A DNA stretch of 64,000 bases, from positions 608,001 through 672,000 of the forward strand of contig OZ245838.1 in the NCBI GenBank assembly GCA_965228735.1, in the 5' to 3' direction. Below the pieces are notes generated by a model, which ran no database searches, was not told where the DNA came from, and saw nothing but the letters and a program-made list of their open reading frames with translations. This DNA is from Planctomycetota bacterium (GTDB lineage Bacteria; Planctomycetota; UBA1135; UBA2386). This document shows, one piece after another, positions 9,396-19,237 of this stretch (its first letter is position 1; each line of letters opens with the position of its first letter). The translations under genes were made by a program, and so were the position numbers.

Positions 9396-10813
9396 ACTCC
9401 GACCGTCTGGATGTCGCGGGCGGTCGCGACGATGTCTTCGGCAAGCGCGAGGTCATTCGCGGATGGGCCGCCGACCGTGAGGAAGTTGTAGCCGACCCCT
9501 CCGTCTTCCAGGCCGTCGAAGACCGGTGCCCGGGGCATGCTGTAGAAGTCCAGGTGGTGCCCCGCCTCGGCCATCCCGCGAGCGAGCTGAGTCCCTGGCA
9601 GCACCGTTTGCACGTTGGGATAGAACCCGGCGACCTTGACGTCGGTGTCGCGGACCGCATCGGTCAGGTCGCGAGTCAGGTTCAGGGACCGTCTGTTCTC
9701 GAGAACGACCCCCTTGGTCGACATCGAGCCGAACATCAGCGACAGCCCGACCCGCGGCCCCTGCTTCGCGATCCACTTCGTGCGTTCCGCGACCAGTCTT
9801 GGCTGCAGCTGCGGCTTCCGGATGCCCTCGAGCACGTCCGGAGCGCCCGATTCGATGCCGGCATAGAGGTAGGTGCAACCATGGTCAGCGAGTTCGGCGA
9901 TGCGTCGCTCGGTGAGGGTCGGCAGGTAGACCTGGCAGCCCCATTCGCGGTCGAGACCGCGTAGTAGCGGAAGCAGTTCGGAGCTCGAGCCGTTGCCGGC
10001 CGGGAAGATGCTGTCCTGGAAGTAGAGTGCGGCGTCCGGGACACGGTCGGCTAGTTCTTCGACCCATCCGTAGTCGCTTGTGCGGAACACGCTGCCATCC
10101 CGGTTGGCCTCCGCGCAGAACGTGCACCGCCCATACGAGCAGCCACGGGAGACCATGAGCGGAATCGTCGACGGGGCCTCGAACACGTCGAATCGTGGGT
10201 AGCTCTCGGGAACCACGAGCGGCCGCGGGTCGCGGAAGCGACTGGGGCCGCGGTCGAACTCGACCCTCGCGGGCCAGTTGCAGTTCGCGACCGTGAACAC
10301 CCCACAGGTGGTGGCCTCGTCGAGCTCGCCCGGGTGCAGGTCCCGCGCGAAATCCGCTGCCGTTCGATTGTCTGTCAGATACAGCTCGAGCACGCCCTGC
10401 AGGGCCGAGGGTGCTTCGCCGCCGATCGAGATGTGCACACCGGGGAGTCGGTTGGCGGTCTTGGTGCCGATGTCGTTCTCGTGTGGCCCGCCTACGATGA
10501 CGAGGGTCTCAGGCGCGAAGAGGGAGCTCGTTGCGGCGATCCGCGCCGTTTCTTCGATGGCTGCCGTAGACGTCGAGATGCACAGCGCGCGTACTCGCCC
10601 GGTCGCGAGCAGACCCTCAAGGTGCCGGTAGAACTCGGCGGTCGGGCTGCCGGGGTCGAGGTAGCTCACTTGGCGTTTCGGGTTGGCTACGACGAAGGGG
10701 CCGGCAGCTGCGAACATGCTGCTCGGCACCGCGCGAAACTTCAGACGGCCGGGGTAGGGGGCGTGGACGAAGAGGACCTCTGGTGGGGTCACGGCTTCTC
10801 GGAGGACGGCCAT
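9383..10813 (-). CDS. B12-binding-like radical SAM protein
   Basis: SRGCSYGRCTFC (CxxxCxxC), N-terminal IVGGPH, YAGIESG. Confidence 0.85.
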   Translation of the reverse strand: MAVLREAVTPPEVLFVHAPYPGRLKFRAVPSSMFAAAGPFVVANPKRQVSYLDPGSPTAEFYRHLEGLLATGRVRALCISTSTAAIEETARIAATSSLFAPETLVIVGGPHENDIGTKTANRLPGVHISIGGEAPSALQGVLELYLTDNRTAADFARDLHPGELDEATTCGVFTVANCNWPARVEFDRGPSRFRDPRPLVVPESYPRFDVFEAPSTIPLMVSRGCSYGRCTFCAEANRDGSVFRTSDYGWVEELADRVPDAALYFQDSIFPAGNGSSSELLPLLRGLDREWGCQVYLPTLTERRIAELADHGCTYLYAGIESGAPDVLEGIRKPQLQPRLVAERTKWIAKQGPRVGLSLMFGSMSTKGVVLENRRSLNLTRDLTDAVRDTDVKVAGFYPNVQTVLPGTQLARGMAEAGHHLDFYSMPRAPVFDGLEDGGVGYNFLTVGGPSANDLALAEDIVATARDIQTVGVCSW

Positions 10814-10886
10814 ACGGTCTAGATGCTAGATCCGAAACTGGGATATGCCAAGTGGGGAAGTAGGATTCGGTGCAGAGACTCCACAG

Positions 10887-11138
10887 ATGCCCAAGTCCAC
10901 CCATACGCCCGAGTACCGAGTGCTTCGGGATCTGCTGCGCGAGCTACGCGAGCGTGAGGGGACTCTTCAGGCCGACTTGGCGGAGAGTCTCGGGGTGCCC
11001 CAGTCCTACGTGAGCAAATCCGAGAACGGTGAGCGGCGGCTCGACATCCTCGAGGTGCGGGAGTGGTGTCGCGGGTTGGGGGTGCCGTTCGTTGAGTTCA
11101 GCAAGGAGCTGGATCGGCGTTTGCGTAGAAAGCGGTGA
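10887..11138 (+). CDS. XRE-family HTH regulator
   Basis: LQADLAESLGVPQSYVSKSENGERRLD; divergent from the radical SAM gene. Confidence 0.9.
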   Translation: MPKSTHTPEYRVLRDLLRELREREGTLQADLAESLGVPQSYVSKSENGERRLDILEVREWCRGLGVPFVEFSKELDRRLRRKR

Positions 11139-11204
11139 GAATCGAGCGTGACCGCGAGGTCGGTAGCCGTGCACTGATTCGCGTGCCACGGACCGTGCGC
11201 CCGA

Positions 11205-11885
11205 CTACGCCAGGCAGTCGTCCTCCAGCCGCGTACCTCGCCTCCAGGCAGATTCGTAGGCCTCGAGGAATGCGCGAGTGATCGTCGGATGTCGGAGTTC
11301 GATCAGGTGTCGTAGCACGAGGCCGTCCCCGAACGTTTCCGTTTCGGTTGGGTGGTATCCGGGAACGGCGATCAGGACGGCGTCCTCATCGACGACCGCG
11401 AAGCTCAGCGGGAGCGGGTTCCCCGACGCGGTCTCGACAAACCTCTGGCGAAGAAGCTCGTGCGGCCCGAACTCGCGGATCCAGCGAACTCCGGCTTGAC
11501 GGTGGTCAGGACGTACGAAGATCAGGCGACGAATCTCGATGCCGCGCTCGAGCAGTCGACGGTAGAGGCCCAAGAGCTCATCGTGAGGCGCGTCGTCGTC
11601 GAGATGGATGAGGAGCAGGCTGCGGTGGGCGTGTCGGAACAGATCCGCGTAGCCGCGCCCGTGCAGGGCCCCATCGAGGTGCACACGCGCCACTCGGTTG
11701 CCGGAAGCAGCGGCAAGCAGCCCGACGAGAAAGGTGAGGAGGAGGAAGCCCGCCGTTCCAAGCGCGACCGTTGGGCCCGGGACCTCGAGTAACGAGGCCG
11801 CTGTAGCACCGAGTCCGGCCAAGCCGAGTGCGATCTCGACCTGTGCTGTCGTGAATGGAAACCAAGCGAGCTTCCTCTCCATCAT
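11205..11885 (-). CDS. 2-TM protein with a possible PLD/TrmB-like soluble domain
   Basis: GGAGG RBS, two hydrophobic helices, IRRLIF...SFAVVDEDAVLI pattern; no HKD motif. Confidence 0.55.
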   Translation of the reverse strand: MMERKLAWFPFTTAQVEIALGLAGLGATAASLLEVPGPTVALGTAGFLLLTFLVGLLAAASGNRVARVHLDGALHGRGYADLFRHAHRSLLLIHLDDDAPHDELLGLYRRLLERGIEIRRLIFVRPDHRQAGVRWIREFGPHELLRQRFVETASGNPLPLSFAVVDEDAVLIAVPGYHPTETETFGDGLVLRHLIELRHPTITRAFLEAYESAWRRGTRLEDDCLA

Positions 11886-13351
11886 CCCTCCTGATTTGAG
11901 GGTCTCATGGATCGGAGGGCTACTCAAGTCGGCGGGTTGCGAGCGGTCTTGGGTTGAGGGAGAAAGTGGCTAGCCCAATAGCTGTGGCTTCCCGGAAGGA
12001 TGCCGCTCCTCAGGCGAGCGCAGCCCTCTTGTGTTCCCGTGAAGCTCTAAGGGGAGGACGGCAACCATCGCAAGATCGAATGAGGCGGCTGAGGGTCCGC
12101 TCGAGGATTGCTGTTGCCCAGTGGGCTAGTCGCGTCGACCAACTCATCTAGAACTTCTGCACGAGTTCCAGAGCTCGCTTCCCATAGGTCGCGAGCTCGT
12201 CGCTATCGACCAACTGCCCGCTGCTCGTGCCATCGTCTTGTGGGTGGTGGTATCGCTTCGCGTAATCCTTGAGGTCCTCCAAGTCTTCGAGGATGCACTT
12301 GGCCTGTGCGAGCGGAGATCCTTCGTCGGCGTCCGCGATGGCCTTCACGTAGTCGCCGAGCCATCCCTTCGCGTCAAGCTGGTTCGGCAACTTCCACCGA
12401 AGGTACTTCTCCAGCAGGACGCGCATTGTCTTCACAACACTCTCGGGGCTGCCATCGCGATACTCGCAATACTTCCAGAGTGTCGTGAAGTTCTGATAGT
12501 ACTCCTCAAGCACTTCGCTCTCGATGTCCCACTCCATCACGCCGCCAAGCTCAGTGAGCTGGAGTGTCTTCTTCTCGGCCGCGGGCAACTCGTCCCATAT
12601 GAGCTTTAGGAAGTTGGGGTCGTGGGACAGAACGACAACTTGGCGTGTCTTCTGGGCGAGCCTTCTGATGCTCTGCTGAGTGCAGACTCTTCTCCCGCGA
12701 TCCTGGCTAGTAAAGGGGTCGTCCAGCACGACCACTTTGTCCGCCAGGTTTGGACTCGCCTCGACCTGAGCGAAAAAGAACGCCAACGCAAGAGCGCTCT
12801 TGTCACCTGCGCTGAGCGTGTTCTTGAACGACGCCTGGTCATTGGGCGTCTTGAGGTCCCCTAGCCTCACCTCCTCCCATGAACCCTCGTGCGCCTCGAT
12901 GGCTAGGCAATAAGTCGTGCGAGGCTTCCCGCCCGGAAACTCGGCCGCCGTCTTTCGAACTCTGAAGGATGTGCCGAACCTCTTGAGATACTCGTTGATG
13001 CGCTTTTCGTAGCGTTGAAAGACGCTCTCGGAGTAATTCTCGAGCTTCTGTTTTGCCTTCAACTTCTCGAGGTCAGCTGCAGCTCTCTTGGTCCGTGCGG
13101 CGAGTAGCTCCTGGCATGCTGCTGTTGCCTCCGCCCCCGCTCGAGTATTCGTCGCCGCGAGTTCGGCAAGGTCTTGTCTTGCCTCCGTCAGGCCTCCCTT
13201 GCGCGATTCCTCTTGCTTGGCCCGCATTGCAGCGTTGACCCTCTCGACGGCCGAGTTGTAAGCCATCACCGAGGACCGTGCCTGAGCGACTGCTTCCTCT
13301 GCCGCACTCAGTTCCAGAGCAATATCGATTGCCTCTAGCGGCGCCTCACAC

Positions 13352-14776
13352 GGTAGTGCAGCATGCGTTCTGTAAACCGCCCGAGGCAGCTTGACGCAGT
13401 CGGCGGTGGTCGTCGCGGTCGGTCTGGGCGCTGCACCCTGGGTGCAGTGGCCAGGCCGACCGCGACGACCACCGCCGGCGCGGACGGATGCTTCAAGTCG
13501 GCGAGTCACGACGCTCAGCTTTTGTTAACCACAACGAAAGCAGAACGAAGTGACCCACCAATCCGAAAGTAGCACGCTCGACACCGTCTTGGAATCCATC
13601 GCAACGCAGGGTCTGGGAGGGATCGCGGACGCGATCCGCGTCCTCGTGAACGAGGCCATGAAGATCGAGCGATCCGCGTTCCTGGGCGCCGGTCCAAACG
13701 AGCGTACCGAGTCACGACGGGGCTACGCCAACGGCTTCAAGCCGAAGACCGTGGCGACTCGCGTCGGCGCGATCGAGTTCGCCGTCCCGCAGGTCCGCGA
13801 GGCCGTCGACGGCGAACGCTTCTATCCGACGGCACTCGAACGCGGGATTCGCTCGGAGCGCGCCCTGAAGCTCGCGGTCGCCGAGATGTACGTCCAGGGC
13901 GTCTCGACCCGCAAGGTCGCCGCGATCACCGAGGAGCTCTGCGGAGTACAGGTGTCGTCCCAGCAGGTCTCCCGGGCCGCCGCGGCACTCGACGACGAGC
14001 TGCAGCAGTGGCGGATGCGCGAGCTCGGCCGGTGCCGCTACCTGGTCCTCGATGCCCGCTACGAAAAGGTCCGGCACGCCGGCTCCGTCATGAGCGCCGC
14101 CGTCCTGATCGCGACGGGCGTCGATGATGCAGGCCATCGCTCGGTCCTCGGCGTCAGCGTGTCGCGCTCGGAAGCCGAGGTCCACTGGCGCGACTTCCTC
14201 GACAGCCTGCGTGAACGTGGCCTGCACGGGCTCGGACTCATCGTCAGTGACGACCACTCTGGCCTCCGCCAAGCTTTGGCGGCGAGCTTTCCCGGAGTCG
14301 CTTGGCAACGCTGCCAGTTCCACCTGCAACGCAACGCCGCTCCACGAGTGCCGACCGTCTCGTTGCGCCCGTCGATCGCTCGTGGACTTCGTGCGGTCTT
14401 CAACGCTCCAGACCGACCTGAGGCCGAACGGCTTCTTGATAGGCTTCTGGAGGATCACGCGGAAACCGCTCCCGACTTTGTCCGGTGGGCTCGCGACAAC
14501 GTCCCCGACGGCTTCGCTGTCTTCGCGATCCCGGCGACGCACCGTCGCTGCCTTCGCACGACCAACATGCTCGAGCGCCTCAACAAGGAGCTCCTGCGCC
14601 GCACCCGCGTTGCGACGCTCTTCCCCAACGACGCCTCTCTTCTCCGGCTCGCCACCGCGGTCCTCATGGAGATCAGCGAGGACTGGGTGACTGGCCGTCG
14701 CTATCTCTCCATGGACGCTGAGTGAAATGATTCGCCGACTATGGGCTCGCTCTTACAGAACGAATGTTGCTTTGCC
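13352..14776 (+). mobile_element. IS256-family insertion sequence (1,425 bp)
   Basis: Imperfect 24-bp TIRs ending CGTTCTGTAA; 8-bp TSD CCTCACAC at 13344-13351 and 14777-14784. Confidence 0.93.
13550..14725 (+). CDS. IS256-family DDE transposase
   Basis: EMYVQGVSTRKV, LVLDARYEKVR, VSDDH, WQRCQFH, TTNMLERLN. Confidence 0.95.
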   Translation: MTHQSESSTLDTVLESIATQGLGGIADAIRVLVNEAMKIERSAFLGAGPNERTESRRGYANGFKPKTVATRVGAIEFAVPQVREAVDGERFYPTALERGIRSERALKLAVAEMYVQGVSTRKVAAITEELCGVQVSSQQVSRAAAALDDELQQWRMRELGRCRYLVLDARYEKVRHAGSVMSAAVLIATGVDDAGHRSVLGVSVSRSEAEVHWRDFLDSLRERGLHGLGLIVSDDHSGLRQALAASFPGVAWQRCQFHLQRNAAPRVPTVSLRPSIARGLRAVFNAPDRPEAERLLDRLLEDHAETAPDFVRWARDNVPDGFAVFAIPATHRRCLRTTNMLERLNKELLRRTRVATLFPNDASLLRLATAVLMEISEDWVTGRRYLSMDAE

Positions 14777-16436
14777 CCTCACACTTCCTTGCCAAGGCAT
14801 CTCGGGCGACGCTTTGCAAGGACAGGAGGCTCTCGCTGAGGGCGTCGACGTCTAGCTCGAGCTGCTCATCGGTGGTGAGGTAGCTTCTCCAGTCTTCCAG
14901 AAGCCTGGTGTTGCCATCGAGCGTCTGCTGAATCCGGAGGAACGTGGTTTCGCTCACAAACGTGTCGAGCCTGGCCCTCCATGCTTCCACCGCGGCCTTG
15001 TGCTCTCGGTAACTCCCGGCGAAGTGGGTTCGGTAGGCTGCTAGAAGCTCTCGACCACTGAGCAGCGTTCCGCAGAACGGGCAATCGTCGTTAAGCATCA
15101 GGTTCACGCCTTGGTGCAGCCATGACTCATCCGTAGCCCTCATGTGATTGGTGGCGTGCTCCTGAATCAGCGCCTCAGCGTTCTCCGAGACATCCTCAAG
15201 CGTTGATCCGAGGATCTGGGCTAGCCCAGCAGGGAAGGTCGGAATTGTTACTGTCGATAGCAGGCTCTTCCCCTGAACTTCGGTCGAGGCTTCGAGCAGT
15301 GCGACGCGGCGCTTCGCCTCCTCGAACTTGGTATCGAAATCATCGCCCTTCTCAAGTGACAAGAACTTCTCCACCGCCATCGCGTGCGGCATGAGCTTCT
15401 GGACTTCGGCCTGTCTCTCTTTCTCCTCCCGAATCGCTTCGCGACTAGCTGCGTCCTTCGCATCGCAGTCTTCTTTCAGTTCGAGTCCTTCTTCTCCGAG
15501 GATGACGTTGTAGAGGTTTCGCCTCTGGTCGTGGCCAACGCATTCGCCCGCGTGGACGTTGTCGTTCACGAAGCGTGAGTCATACACCTCAAGGTGTGCG
15601 ACCGTGCCTGTCCATCCCCCCGACCGGAAGTCGCATTTGCCGGCCTCAGTGAGGAGCTCGACTTCTGGGCCGTCAGCGCAGCCGAGCGTCTGTCTTCCCA
15701 TGATGTAGGAACCGTCACCCGTGCGGAGCGACCGAAGGATGTCACACAAGGTGGTCTTGCCCCGCGCATTCGGCGCGAACATCAGTGTCGCGCGTCGAAA
15801 TTGGACATCTCCGGAAGATCCGCAGTTGCGAAACTTGCCGACATTCTTGATTGCAACAACCTTCTTCAGCATTGCGATGCCTCCAGGGGTTCGAGGCCCC
15901 AGATACCCGGGCAGAAGCTGTGCCGACATGGCGGGTTGCGAGCAACTACCTCTGCGAACATCCGGTCGTACTTCTACGGGGCGCGTTCGGGAAGGCTCTG
16001 GCTAAGGAGTTCTGGATTGATGCGAGAAACTGTCACGTGCGCTCGTTCATGTTCGGCGCGTGCACGGGGCTCGCTGGGTGCGACGGAACGCGGTCGGAGG
16101 GAAGGATCACGAGGCAGCCGTGGGCGGGGCTTTAGCACTGAACGGGAGAGAGTGCGGGAGTCCGTCCAGGAACAACCTGTGGTCTCAACCGCTCTGCCTG
16201 TCAGGCGATGGCGTCGCGGGACGCGACCAGCCTGGCCAAACAAATCGGAGCGGGGATCAAGCAACGGAACGTGGTATGGCCGCCATGCGCGGGAAACCAC
16301 GGCGCAACCACTCGTCGAGCATGACCTATCTCTTCGTCAATAAGAGGCGATTACGAACAGTTCGGACCACTTCGGGGCGGCTGGCGAACCATCGTGACCG
16401 TTGCAGCTAGCATCCGCGATGCGGGCTGGCGCACGG

Positions 16437-16982
16437 TCAGGATCCATCGGCAACCTCCTTTGTGCTGTCGGTTGCGATGCGGAGTACGCATCCCTCGACT
16501 GAGGAATAGAACTCCTCACCAGGGCCGACAATGACCGAGTCGAGTAGCTCGATACCGAGTAGCTGACCCGCTTCGCGCAGGCGTTCTGTGATCGCGCGAT
16601 CGTCACTCGACGGGTGCACGTCTCCGGATGGGTGGTTGTGCACGACGATGAGTGCCGCGGCATTGGCCAGGAAGGCCGCCTTGAACACTTCCCGAGGGTG
16701 AACAACCGTGGCCTGGGGTGTGCCACACGAGACGATGTGCACATGAGTCACGAAGTGGCGCGTGTTGAGGTAGAGGGCGGCGAAGTGCTCGCGGTCAGCC
16801 TCACCGATGAGCTCGCGCATCATCTTGGCAACGTCAAGTGCACTCCGGAGCGGTCCCGGTGGCACATAGCTGTTCGGGACCTCGAGCTTCGTCTCGAGCA
16901 TCCTGATCATCGGCGCTGCGAGCGGCGATGGGGGGAGAGTGCGCTGGTGCGCCTCGTCGTTCTTCTTCTTGCTGCGTTTCAA
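16437..16982 (-). CDS. radC: RadC / JAB domain protein
   Basis: EHF...VHPREVF...HNHPSGDVHPSSDD...LLDSVIVG; TTG start with GGAGG RBS. Confidence 0.88.
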   Translation of the reverse strand: MKRSKKKNDEAHQRTLPPSPLAAPMIRMLETKLEVPNSYVPPGPLRSALDVAKMMRELIGEADREHFAALYLNTRHFVTHVHIVSCGTPQATVVHPREVFKAAFLANAAALIVVHNHPSGDVHPSSDDRAITERLREAGQLLGIELLDSVIVGPGEEFYSSVEGCVLRIATDSTKEVADGS

Positions 16983-17782
16983 TCCGCCTCCTTGGTTGCG
17001 GCCTGGGGTTGGCGCCGCGCCCGCGATGGCGGACGAGTCGCTAACCCCAGGTCCGGAGGGGATGCGCAGTCTGGTGAGCGTCGAAACGACGCTCAGAACC
17101 TTTATTGGACGGACTACCCGAGAAACTGCCGCCCGAAGGCGGCAGAGAAAGAACACTGCCCAGGCGAACCCGAGCATCAACACCTCGAGAGTGACACGTC
17201 CTGGTTCCTTACGCAAATCGGCGTCGTCGAGTTTTCAGCTGCCGTTGGAGCCGTTCGTCGGTGTGGGCCTTCGTCAGAAGGCAGGGCCACGCCGGCGGGC
17301 GCGGTGCGCAGCCCGGTTGTTCTGGTCGGCGCAGTTGCCGTAGGTGAGTTCAGAGGGAGGGCCTTCTGGCATCTGAGCGTGGATCGACAGTTGTGTAGGG
17401 CGAAGAGGATAGAACCGTGACCCGAAGGGCGAAGCGGGCGCGAAGCGCCTGGCGCGGTTCTTTCCTCCGCCCGGTGACTACTCCCGGACCGGGAGTCAGC
17501 AGTCGCTTCAGGTGAATCCCATCGCGGCGCGCTGCTGGGCAAGGAAGGCTTCGATCTGCGCGGCTTGGCGCGGGTCTGGCTCGTCTCGATCCTGGTCGTC
17601 GTCGGGCGAGGTGTTCTGGTCGGCCGCGATGGGCTCGGACTCGCGACGCTTCGGCTCGGCCGGGACTTCGGATGGCTTGTCGTGAACGGGACGTCTGTGT
17701 TGGTCTCTCATCACGCGCGCGTGAGAGACCAACTCAGGCAGTCACCGCGCAGCAGCCAGCGCAGGCCGCTTGGCGGGGGCTG

Positions 17783-18118
17783 TCAGAATCCCAGTCGCTT
17801 CAGCTCTGCATGGAGTGCCTGGCTGACGAGTTCCTGAATCGTGCTTGGCTCGACCTCGCTCATCCTGCACTCGAAGACAGCTCGACGTGCACGCTGGTAG
17901 ATGTCGGCGGGGACGCGGGTGTTGAGCTGCATGTCCGGATGCGTTGCGGCGGCAGACGCGGAGGTCGCCGGAGCCGTTCGTGTGTTCGTGGCGGGGCCGC
18001 TACGAATGAAGGCGCCGACTTCCGGGTCGAGGAATGCTCGTCGCTTCGCGGCGACGTCTCCGACGGCCGGCGGGTTCTGGTCGCCGGTCAGAGCGTCGGA
18101 CATCTTGCGTTCAGCCAT
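17783..18118 (-). CDS. Small ParA partner (type Ib centromere-binding, RHH-like C-terminus)
   Basis: Overlaps the parA stop; flexible N-term followed by QLNTRVPADIYQRARR...IQELVSQAL. Confidence 0.6.
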   Translation of the reverse strand: MAERKMSDALTGDQNPPAVGDVAAKRRAFLDPEVGAFIRSGPATNTRTAPATSASAAATHPDMQLNTRVPADIYQRARRAVFECRMSEVEPSTIQELVSQALHAELKRLGF

Positions 18119-18779
18119 GTGCCACCTCCGCTCGTGGTTGCTCCACGAGCATCATCAGCTCGTCGAACACAATCTCAAGGTCGGCGCCGCCGTGTTGACC
18201 GGCGCGTCCGAGGTCCCAGACTGTCGTTCTGTTCTGCGGTGCGATCTTGAACACGTTTAGGTCGCGGACCGAACCTTCTAAGGCGGCGATGCCTAGCGAG
18301 CTGAGGGCTTCACGCGCATCACGCGCGAGTCGTGAGCGTCGTGGGACCTTGTTGAGGACGACCGTGGCGAGCGGAGGCGTGGCAGGATGAATGCTGGTCG
18401 CGTAGTCAAGTTGGGACTTCGCCTCGGCCAGCGCCTCGGCGTCGAGAAAGGATGCGGATATTGGAAAGACCGCGAGGTCCGAGAGCACGAGCAGCGTGCG
18501 GGTGACCTCCCCCAGCCCGCCCGGTCCATCACAGATGACGAACTCGAGGCCCTCTGCGAGTTCGAGTACCTGGCGCGGCATGTCGTTGGGGCGCGTCAGG
18601 TCTACCGCATCCAGCGGCATGCATGGCTCGTGCGCTGCCATCCAGCGCGAAGACGAGCGCTGTGTGTCGGCGTCGAAGAAGCCGACGGCGCGGCCCCGCG
18701 CGGCGAGCCAGCAGGCGAAGTGGAAGGACAGCGTCGACTTGCCGACGCCCCCCTTCTGGTTGACGAACGAGATGATCAT
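18111..18779 (-). CDS. parA: ParA-family ATPase (short, type Ib)
   Basis: MIISFVNQKGGVGKST, DADTQ, ICDGP. Confidence 0.92.
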   Translation of the reverse strand: MIISFVNQKGGVGKSTLSFHFACWLAARGRAVGFFDADTQRSSSRWMAAHEPCMPLDAVDLTRPNDMPRQVLELAEGLEFVICDGPGGLGEVTRTLLVLSDLAVFPISASFLDAEALAEAKSQLDYATSIHPATPPLATVVLNKVPRRSRLARDAREALSSLGIAALEGSVRDLNVFKIAPQNRTTVWDLGRAGQHGGADLEIVFDELMMLVEQPRAEVAHG

Positions 18780-18864
18780 GGTGCCCTCCTCAGTTGATGC
18801 CCTGTTCGCAGTTTGCTCACAGATCGAGCGAGCACGCAAGATGGAAAGTGAGCGAGGTGGCGTG

Positions 18865-18892
18865 CTAGCAAGCTCGGTAGCTAGCTTGCTAG
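18865..18892. promoter_or_regulatory. Perfect 10-bp inverted repeat upstream of parA (operator/parS candidate)
   Basis: CTAGCAAGCT-n8-AGCTTGCTAG. Confidence 0.45.
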
Positions 18893-19237
18893 GTCGCTCT
18901 TCTGGCAAGTGCGCGACTTCGTTGGAGCCGCCCATCGGTGACGCCTCTCGGGATGCAGGCGAGAACGGGTCTTGCGCGAATCGTCGACCTGGGCAAGGGT
19001 GAGATCGGGCTCGTGTTGCGAGCCGTGCAATCAACTTGGGGAGGCGCCGATGTAGGACCGGACGTTGCCCATCGGGCAAAGAAAAAGCAGCCGCATGGGC
19101 TGCTCTTGCATGGAGGACCGCGTGGATCCTGTTCGTAGCTGACAGTTCGACCCTAGCGCGTTTCCGCCGCGTTCGTCAACGCCTCTATCGAGGCGACCTG
19201 TGTCGCATGCCTGCTCCCGCATCCATCGGAGGAGAGG

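Larger units (their letters stand above)
12148..15872 (-). pseudogene. RloC-like AAA_13 ABC-ATPase (zinc hook, C-terminal HEPN-like) interrupted by IS256
   Basis: N-part: FAPNARGKTT, CPFCG. C-part: LSAGDK, VVLDDP, LSHD, KRYHH. Removing the IS and one TSD restores a 763-aa frame (ARKCE|APLEA). Confidence 0.85.
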
